Below, one piece after another: positions 47,854 to 64,000 of a stretch of 64,000 nt of DNA. The notes below the pieces were generated by a model. The model made no database searches. It was not told where the DNA came from and saw only the letters and a list, made by a program, of their open reading frames with translations. How positions within the stretch are numbered: the first letter of the stretch is position 1; each line of letters begins with the position of its first letter. Source of the stretch: Amoebidium appalachense (taxonomy: Eukaryota > Protista > Ichthyosporea); contig CAVNZM010000001.1 of assembly GCA_963693365.1 (NCBI GenBank), positions 19,104,125 through 19,168,124 of the forward strand, written 5' to 3'. Position numbers and translations under genes: made by a program.

Positions 47854-48838
47854 AGGTATGCTAACAGTACAGGAACGAGCATGCGTGTGTAGGTTGCACT
47901 TGTAGTACAGAACGACGTCTTTGGTCACAGACAGTTTATTTTGCAAAACAGGCACCCTTGAAGCCTCGTTGAGTGTACAGACTGGTTTGAAAGCTAGAGA
48001 AGGCCCCAGGGGTGGGCAACGGTGAAAGGAACAGCGAGACCACACCCTGGTGCGTGTGCGTCAGCTTGTTCGTCTGCATATACGTCTATGCAACACGTGT
48101 CACAAATTAAGATGCATTTTGAATTCAGGATGAAATTTGCGTGATGATACCCTAGGCTACATTCCACGGCCATCTAGAAACACCGATGGCCGTGGCTACA
48201 TTCACGTGTCTAAGTCGTCGGAAACGTGTTTTATAAACCTCAGCGCTTATATACTCGGGTAGCCATGTGCCAGGGCTTGCCGGGGATGCTCGAATGTTCC
48301 AGAAAAAAGCTAAAAATGGCTACCCCATCAGCGATGAAGTTGCGTAGGGTGCGTGCGTATCCAACCAAATGCCTCAAACGGCGAGTAGTCTCACCGGCTC
48401 ACTGCATCATCATGGCGATGGTCGACCCGTAAGCCACCAACAGATGAAGCAATTAGAGTAAATATTTCATAACTAGTTGGAGTGTCAGCAAAACCTCAGC
48501 AAAAATCCAGCGAAAAGCGTTGCTTCAATGAGTTTACTCCATGTACAGTAGCCTTAAGTGGGGCTGTAAGCTGCTCAAGTGCGCATACTATCATGCATGC
48601 ACGTGCATAGGGTGTAGATCAATTATACGGTATTCGGGATTTCTGATAGTCCTTCGTGTCAACATATCGCTAAGAACACGTTTTAACCTACGAACTTGAT
48701 ATGAAAAACAAGCGTTGCGCAGTGTTAAACAGTGTATTCAGGTTTTTGTCGATTTACCAGTATTTAGGTAGTAGGAGTCACTGTATATGTACAAAATCAG
48801 ACTCGGAGCGTTTTGAACTTGAGACTCAGGCAAGTTTC

Positions 48839-48989
48839 TAGATCCTGGTATGTGCGAATCCTCTTGTTGATTGGTCAAAAACTATTAATCCCCGAAAACC
48901 ACTGTCTTCCTAATATGGTGGCATTAGATCCTGGTATGTGCGAATCATCTTGTTGATTGGTCAAAAACTATTAATCCCCGAAAACCACT
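48839..48989. repeat. Direct repeat 2 x ~65 bp containing a reverse CCAAT (GATTGG)
   Basis: TAGATCCTGGTATGTGCGAATC.TCTTGTTGATTGGTCAAAAACTATTAATCCCCGAAAACCACT at 48839 and 48925. Confidence 0.85.
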
Positions 48990-49877
48990 ATCATTCATCG
49001 GTACCATCGAAGTCGGACGCTCAGTAACAGTTGCCAATGAGAATCTCAGTGTGTAGCCAGGCCTGCAGCGATACCCATTGTCCGGTTTAGGGAACAGGTC
49101 AAAAGAAGTAGATTCCAAGATATATAATTGCCCTTGATTGGTGTTTTTTATCTGGTGAAGCCTCATTTTTTTCTCGAATTCGATGTGCAAGCAATTCCCC
49201 AAATCGGGGGGTTTGGGGAGATCAAAGCGCTGTGTTCTGGGTCCATATATTGGGTACCAACGTTGGCTGGCCTCCCGCTGAGTATTGGTGCTCCTCAGTT
49301 GTAGATTAGATTGATGGAATTTATACTTCATGGTAATAATAATTATAATAACAATAAAAAGCCTTTTTTATCTTGTTTTGAAATTCGTCGTAGTTTTTCT
49401 GACTCGTTCTTGTGTTTGTTGGCCACAAAGTTCCGGATCTGTGATATTTTCAACCCTTTTTTGGAAGGCTACGAGGTCGTGCCAGGATTGGAGGAGGCCG
49501 CACCTGGCATGGTTAAAACCGTTTACCCATTATCCATCATATTGATTGGCTGAATAAGCGCCCTCTACATTCCGATGACATTCCTACGTGGCCTGTCTGA
49601 ACTTTGCACTAAGTATAGCTTATATGACGATCCCCCTTCTTCAGAGGCGTTGGTATACTCGATAGTCAAAGATTAATCAATTTCTTTCGAAAAGTGCTGC
49701 TTATTTGTATGTAGATAGAGCATTTTGCCACTCTGCATGCATAGTTTCCTGGAGCTGCATGATGCCGTGCGTGCCCCAGGGTTCGCTGGTGTGTGCATAA
49801 ACGTTGTTTTATTGCAAGTTTCGGGACATTTGGCTCCCTTCGCGGCTTTTTTCACTTATTGATTTCCCCGCCGCTAG

Positions 49878-50290
49878 CAGAGGTGGGGCGGTCTGGTCTG
49901 GTCAGCCCGATTTAGCTCGAAAAAATTTCGGGTTGGCTGAGACCAACCCGATACTATTTCGGGTCGGGCTGGGGCGTTTGGGCTGGGGCTGGCCTATGAT
50001 CTGGCCTCCCTTCAACAGTAACATATTGTATTTAGTTGTGTGTGACTTCAAAACCCGAGCAGTTTCAACGATTTATAAGCTTACGTGAATGGAAGTCACC
50101 ATATGTTTGTGAGTGTGGGCTGAGTTGGTTCCGTCATGATGATGCCACTGAGTGTGCCGGCCAGACCATTTTGCGCGAACAGATTAGCTATTTTTCGTTA
50201 ACTATATTTGGTAGTACCCGCCAGCCCAACCCTGACCGTTCCCCAGCCCGAAAACGTTTCGGGTTGGGCCGGCCTTCCGCCCCACCTCTG
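49878..50290. mobile_element. hAT-type MITE (413 bp)
   Basis: Perfect 14-bp TIR CAGAGGTGGGGCGG / CCGCCCCACCTCTG. 8-bp TSD GCCGCTAG / GCCGCCAG. Subterminal CAGCCC/GGGCTG and TTTCGGGT repeats. Confidence 0.82.
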
Positions 50291-50935
50291 GCCGCCAGCA
50301 TCGAATCGGGAGTTTTTGTTGATCGTGAAATGTAATTTCCGGGTCATAACGACAACCCCTGGCAACCCTTCAAGTTCCCTGGAAGGCTATGCGGGAAGAT
50401 CCGTATTTCAAATATCACAATGATTGGTTCAATATCATGTATTGTTATAGGCCTGTCGATTCCGTGCATTCCACTGCATCACATTTTCACGGGCACACTT
50501 GTACATACTGAGTGACCAGTGACTGGCACAAGCACAAACGGAAAACACAACGAGTTTGTATGTGGGTCTCGTCCATGTTCATGTTTTTATATGCACGGTA
50601 AAAATTGCAGATTTATTCATAAAAGGTACTGGCGTGATTCAGAACCATCATTCATTACACCCCGAACAGACAGATTATCATCAACTCAGTTGATAGTCAG
50701 ATCCACAGCCATATCACTAGCCTGAGGTGCTGGAAATCACTCTTTAGGTTAATACATAGGCTTCTTTTGTGTCTGCAGTAAGATAAATCTGTTCAAAGTC
50801 AGAGCCATTTTTTCACAGTTAAATAAAATGGTACAGGAAGTCGAACCAGGGGTTAGCTAGAACAGGGCCAAGTAACACACGTGAGGGGCTTCCACACACT
50901 ACCTCTTTCCACACTAGTTTTTCCTGCACACAAGC

Positions 50936-52102
50936 ATGATGGCTCAGGATCGAGACCTGGAGTATCTATTGACTTGCTCAGAAACACCGCCTGATTTTCT
51001 GGCGTTCCTTGACTCGCACCGTGCGCTGGAAAACCTCCACTTCTACCGTGCAGTCGAAGAGTACAAAAGTCTCTTCACTGAAACAGCGACACACAACTGC
51101 AAGGGTAAAGCCCTGAATGCCGCGACGCACAAGCGCGACAAAGAAGCGCAGCGGCGCGCGGAGAAAATCTGCAGAAGGTTTCTCTTTTATGACGCGCCAG
51201 AGGAAATCAATGTCGAGTCGCACACGAAACGAAAGGCGGTGCTTGATGTATTTGGACCGTCAGCAACATACATCAATCAATCGTCCAGCAGACCACTGTT
51301 GTCTACCTCTCGCACGAGTGTGTTGAGTATCGGGTCTGGGGACCTCTCTTCAACCTCTTTTGATAGTTTTCCGAAACTGCGCAGGCTGTCAAGTCATAGC
51401 TATTCAATCCTGCGCTCTGGGTTTGGCCGTGCAAAGAAAAACGTTATGAGCAGGGACGTGGGCCCGACCGTGTTTGACGAAGTACGCAAAGCAGTGTTCT
51501 ATATGCTGAGTGTATCGTTGTATCCTCTGTACCTGCAGACGCTAAGCGCTTCGAACGTACCAGCCCGCGAAGGCACAAACAACAACCTGCCGACACTAGA
51601 GACCGAGAAGCCGGTAATATCGTTTGGAAATGACACCAAGCCCCTATCGAAAACGTCGGCAACCACAAAACTTGATATGCACGTGACGGAGACGAAAAAG
51701 GAAAAACTGTCGCGTAAGTCCAAGCACGGCGCGGAAAGGAAGGGGAGACGGCGCAGGCACAGCTTCCACTTCGAGGAGATATGTGCTGCTGAGATCCAAA
51801 AATATTCTGCGTTTGTTTTCGCTTCGGAACCCGCCGGGGCCCTGAGTGATTCAGATGAGGACGATGCCTGTGACAACTGGGCCGGTGTGTGCTTTGCCAG
51901 AGATATCCAGCACTGTCCGTCGTTTATTTCACTGGCAGTGCCCGTGCAAGACCCAGCCAGGCTACTGCCCAGGAAGGGCCGTAAGAGCCGGCTATTGGAC
52001 CAGATAATAATGGGGACACTAGCAAGGACAACGGGCGTATTTTTTCGAACGGCCTTGGGCCAACGGCCTCGGTTGGCGGGGGCTAAGGCCCTGCCGTCTT
52101 GA
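50936..52102 (+). CDS. RGS (regulator of G-protein signalling) domain protein, intronless
   Basis: 388-aa ORF with RGS hallmarks FLAFL...ENLHFYRAVEEYK, AEKICRRFL..DAPEEINV and TVFDEVRKAVFYMLSVSLYPLYL. Confidence 0.88.
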   Translation: MMAQDRDLEYLLTCSETPPDFLAFLDSHRALENLHFYRAVEEYKSLFTETATHNCKGKALNAATHKRDKEAQRRAEKICRRFLFYDAPEEINVESHTKRKAVLDVFGPSATYINQSSSRPLLSTSRTSVLSIGSGDLSSTSFDSFPKLRRLSSHSYSILRSGFGRAKKNVMSRDVGPTVFDEVRKAVFYMLSVSLYPLYLQTLSASNVPAREGTNNNLPTLETEKPVISFGNDTKPLSKTSATTKLDMHVTETKKEKLSRKSKHGAERKGRRRRHSFHFEEICAAEIQKYSAFVFASEPAGALSDSDEDDACDNWAGVCFARDIQHCPSFISLAVPVQDPARLLPRKGRKSRLLDQIIMGTLARTTGVFFRTALGQRPRLAGAKALPS

Positions 52103-53002
52103 CTGGCTTTTTAGCTGGTTGTGTTTTATTGGGTCTAGTGCAGCCTAAAGTCTAAGGGGGGGAGATGGGGAGGGGGGGGGGGGGGTACTTTGGTACTTAT
52201 GGGTTTCGGAGGGAGCAACTGCACTTGTAATGATCTTTAGGGCTTTTTCCAACCTTTCTGAATTATATATTACACTCTAGTTCAGTAGTTCAGCCCAACA
52301 AAAGAATCCGTCAAGCTATTAGTCGAATGTTGAGTCTCTTCTAGGCTGTTGCTAAGTTTGCGAATGTATGTGCGAGATGTGCAGCAAGCTCCACCACGGA
52401 GTATTGCTGGTGAGCATATATGAATTGTGGAGCATAAGTGAATATGTATGAATCAACAACTTGATTATAATACAGTATATGCTATACCGTAACTCCTTTT
52501 TCTCTAAATGTAGCAGCCAAGCACATCCTTGCAGGCTGCCGCAGTTGACCCAAACGGCTGCTCCATAACAAATCGTTTGACTTCCTCCTCCTTCACCTCC
52601 TCCTTCCCCCTCCCCCCCCCCCCCTACCCCCCCAACCTTTCTTCCCTTTCTGAGATCCACTAAATTAAAACGCACAAACTTTCGCACACACACAACCAAC
52701 CCCAGAACGGTTACCACCCACCGACTCGGATCCAGTAGGTCGAAAGAAACACCCGCCACAGGGTGTTGCTGAATAAACTAAGGAAGGGCTCTATTGTGTG
52801 CGTCTGTATCAACCTTTGCTTATCCATTGATGTTGACCATTGTGAACTTAGTCGGCTTTGTGATCACTGGGTGTACCGCATTGTGTGCCGCACCATTTGG
52901 AACTTGGGGGGAACGGGGGAAGGCCTCGAGGGGAGGGGGGGGGGGGGCCTCGGGGAGGGGACCGGGAAGATCCAGATCGAGGGCCCTGGGGGGCGGGCGG
53001 GG

Positions 53003-53036
<34 letters not shown>

Positions 53037-53287
53037 AGTAAACTAAGTCGCGAGTCATTCAACCCTGGGAGTGGGATCCCCACAACAACTCCCCCTCCTC
53101 CCCACCCCCTTCAATCATTTCTTCCCCGGATGTTTCATTGGCACCCTGGTACTCAAACCTTAAGACTTTAATGCAAACATTGTCAGTTCCACAAGCGAAC
53201 GGTTGCCCCACCCACTCCCGGTCGCCAAATTACGATGCACACACCGGCGCACACACACGTACACGCACAAACACACACACAAACACA

Positions 53288-53326
<39 letters not shown>

Positions 53327-53932
53327 GAGCTTACACACACACAAACACACACATACACGCACACACGCACGCACGCATGCACACACACACACACACACAC
53401 ACACACCCGCACCCACACACACACACACACACACTCACTCACACGCCTACACTTACTGCACTCGCACGCACGCACACACACTTTGTCAAGCAACCATCGC
53501 GCATGCGGACAAGCATGCAAGCCCGTACTAAAATAATATTTCCTTGTCCCCTCCCTCCTCGCCTCACCAAGTCTTCACTGCCGTCGTGTCGCAACTCGAA
53601 AGCAGTCAAGCTAACAAAACACGCCGTGGTAGAAAATCAATGATCCTTGCGTGGTCGAAATGGCACCAGCATGCTACCATGGCCAGACAGCCAGACCGTG
53701 CGTGCTCGCCGGCGGCGCATGCACACTGGTCTGCAGCACAGGCAGCAGTAGCCTGTTTAGATATGGGATATATTTACATGCACGAGAGGATGTTCCATAT
53801 ATGGCCAACGCTTTTTTTTTTTCTTTTTTTTGGAATTCTGGTCAACAAAATGGATAACAACAAAGAAGATATTTTGGTTTCTTGGATACAGTTGCATGAC
53901 TCTTCAATGTCAGCTGGTAAGATATACCATTG

Positions 53933-54127
53933 GGGTTTACGCTGTTTACTCGAGGCAAAGAGAACCAGTCTCAGGTATGGGGGGGGGGGGTTTTGCTCGG
54001 AATATCCCCTCAGCGGTATATCATGATCACGTACATAGATGTCGGGTGGTGACTATATATCAGGGTTTACTTTCTCTACGAGACACCATAAAGACTACAA
54101 GGAGAAATCAATTAGTTGGGGTTCCCC

Positions 54128-54175
<48 letters not shown>

Positions 54176-54207
54176 GGGCTCCCCTCGGGACACTCGGTAT
54201 CAGCTGG

Positions 54208-54264
<57 letters not shown>

Positions 54265-54810
54265 GTGTGTGTGTGTGCGCGTGCGCTATAATTTTGTAGT
54301 GATGTGTTTCTCAAGCCAATCAATACATCTAATAAACAGGTCGTAGTTACGCGTGTTTAGTATAAAATCAAGGATGTTGTAATTTACAGGTAGGCTATCT
54401 TTCTGGGTGTCTGTTGTGAATGTGACGTGTGTGTGTTGCGGTATTATGTGGTCTATCAAACTACATTTGGCGATACATGACCGGTTAAACTGGTGTGTGT
54501 GTGTGTTGTTTGGGCATGCAAATGATGCCACCTTATACTTATTAGATCTCCACTGTATAGCACGTGTACAGTAAAAGCGTGGTAATTGATCAATAATACC
54601 ATCAGCTAGAGAAAGACCAGTTCTACAGGAAGGTAATATGTATTTAGGTGTTATACACTTGCGAGTGCCATATTTGGCAATATGGTTGAGGCGGTCAGTA
54701 TATATAAAACGAGACATAAGGCTTAGTTTTTCAAGGTGTATGCTTTCATCGGGTCTAGTGTCGTGTGGTATCTTTTTCCATTTGTTATATTGCGTGATTA
54801 TCTTGTGATT
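53933..54810 (-). mobile_element. 5'-truncated probable non-LTR retrotransposon with 12-bp TSD
   Basis: GATATACCATTG at 53921-53932 and 54811-54822. Uninterrupted ~175-aa C-terminal frame ending CIDWLEKHITTKL* (54286) with a Cys/His knuckle-like CPNNTHTHQFNRSCIAKC. The 3' UTR ends CGTAAACCC(C). Confidence 0.8.
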
Positions 54811-55143
54811 GATATACCATTGATGTTTTTGCGTAAATCGCACCGTCGCTCCAGCTGACCCATCACGCTCAGCAAGTTGAACGTGAGGCTTTCCGAAGGC
54901 TTGCTTCGTGCTCGACTCGCGATCGGCGAGCGTACAAGAGCAAGAGAGTAGCGAAGTCCTACCATTCTTTATGTAAATCTTAGAAGTAGCATAAGCATTG
55001 TGCATGACCGTGGCACGAGCAACCTAGTTTAGTTGGCACAGCAAGGATCGGATCTGGTGTGAGTGGCTGTGCCTGGCAACCCATTCTTGCAAAAGGGCTG
55101 CAACGTCTGATTGCCTATGTATCGAAACAAGTCGGCTGGAACA

Positions 55144-55167
55144 CTACCACCTACTGAGGCGGTGTCT

Positions 55168-55201
<34 letters not shown>

Positions 55202-55232
55202 AAAAGGGACCCCCCCCTGAGTAGATGTTAAA
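55144..55232. repeat. Short dispersed element, copy 2
   Basis: Same 26-bp left arm and 17-bp right arm around a T-tract as 26495-26569. It lies ~310 bp upstream of the PI4K2 ATG. Confidence 0.7.
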
Positions 55233-55543
55233 GCCGTTGTGTCTATGTGCATCGTCGTAAAGCTAAAACAGGGTTCTTCATGTAGTTGAGGGTGGTTATA
55301 GGAGACAAGCAGCTGTGTCTGCACCATTTATCTTTCTGTAACACGGTGCAGCCAAGTTGGAAATTTGTTATTGTTCACGTAACGGGAAGATCTGCAAAGC
55401 GGAGAAGAAAAAAGGAGTCCGAGACAGGGAGCAGAGAGGGAGCCCTGGTCTGTCACGTGCTCTGTCTGTCAAGTAGAGTGGATCTTACGTCAGCAAAATA
55501 TATCACACCGTTAAGGCCCGTGTCAAAGCATATAAATAGAAAG

Positions 55544-63159
<7,616 letters not shown>

Positions 63160-63883
63160 GTACACACAGCACACACACACACACACACATAGGCCACACT
63201 CATTCACTCACTCACTCACTCGCACGCACGCTCACATACACAAGCACACCGACATGCCCGCTCGCGGCCCTCGCCTAACACTCATGCTCGATTTAGAAGA
63301 GATAATGTGTGTTTGTAATATTATGCATGGTGACACCCTCCTTTCGTACCCCCTGGGAGATTGTACATAACATACACTGAAGATATGTGTGTTTGTCAGT
63401 GTACACACACAAATGTTTGGAGCATGCCCACAGGCACACCATTACACGAGGTCTGGATACAGCCGGGACTGAACCACACACTACACAATATTGTTGCAGC
63501 AGGGTGTTGTTCTCTCTCTCTTCCCCCTTGCCTCACTTCCTACCTCCCTCCCTTCTCTCACGCTTGCAGGCACTCCCTCCACCATCCCGTCGCATCATCC
63601 CCCCCCCCCCCCCTCCTTCCCCCCCTCGCAAAAAAAAAAAAAAAAAAAAAAAACCTTCCCTTGTTTCCTTCGTCATATCTCTCCTCTCTACGTCTGTCCC
63701 TCTTTTGGAGGTAGAGGAGGGAGGGGAGGGGAGGGGGAGGGGGGGGGGGGGGGGGGGGGGGGGGAGGTGTCTGTTTTGTCTGAATGTGTGCGTTTTTTAG
63801 TTTTCGTCGTGTGTCTGTATGTGTGCGTGCGAGAGTGTGGGTTGGTTTTTTTTTGTTTTTTGTTTTTTTTTTTGTTTTTTGTT

Positions 63884-63957
<74 letters not shown>

Positions 63958-64000
63958 GAGTGTCTGTTTTGTCTGAATGTGTGCGTTTTTAGTTTTCGTC

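Noticed and set aside
54811-55005. N-terminus of the 239-aa ORF 54286-55005
   Set aside because: It lies outside the TSD. It is a chance in-frame fusion of flank and element, and is absent from the other copy.

Overview
Eukaryotic genomic DNA with many introns, and those introns are filled with poly-C/poly-G, (CA/GT)n, (CT)n and (GGGT)n tracts. These tracts produce most of the ORFs in the supplied track, which are artefacts. The gene content (EGF-repeat membrane protein, Lines homolog, RGS, animal-like PI4K type II) suggests a holozoan, possibly a unicellular one. That placement is inference only. I built six host gene models by hand from GT-AG sites. (1) An 11-intron signal-peptide/EGF-repeat/TM protein (982-10566,+). 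(2) A disordered protein with a PP1 RVxF-type motif and RFxV motifs (14202-19505,+). (3) A C2H2-like zinc-finger protein (21686-22893,-). (4) A Lines/LINS1 homolog (32578-45094,-; exons only partly resolved). (5) An intronless RGS protein (50936-52102,+). (6) A PI4K type II (55544 to beyond 63159,+). Mobile DNA includes a nested hAT/MITE stack (24.7-26.6 kb), a decayed Helitron with a tandemly duplicated 3' end (26.8-28.8 kb), a frameshifted pogo-type DD35D transposase (45.3-47.8 kb) and a hAT MITE (49.9-50.3 kb). There is also a probable non-LTR retroelement family present as three fragments that end in TAAACCCC rather than poly(A); one copy has a perfect 12-bp TSD. All coordinates were read by eye and no database searches were run.
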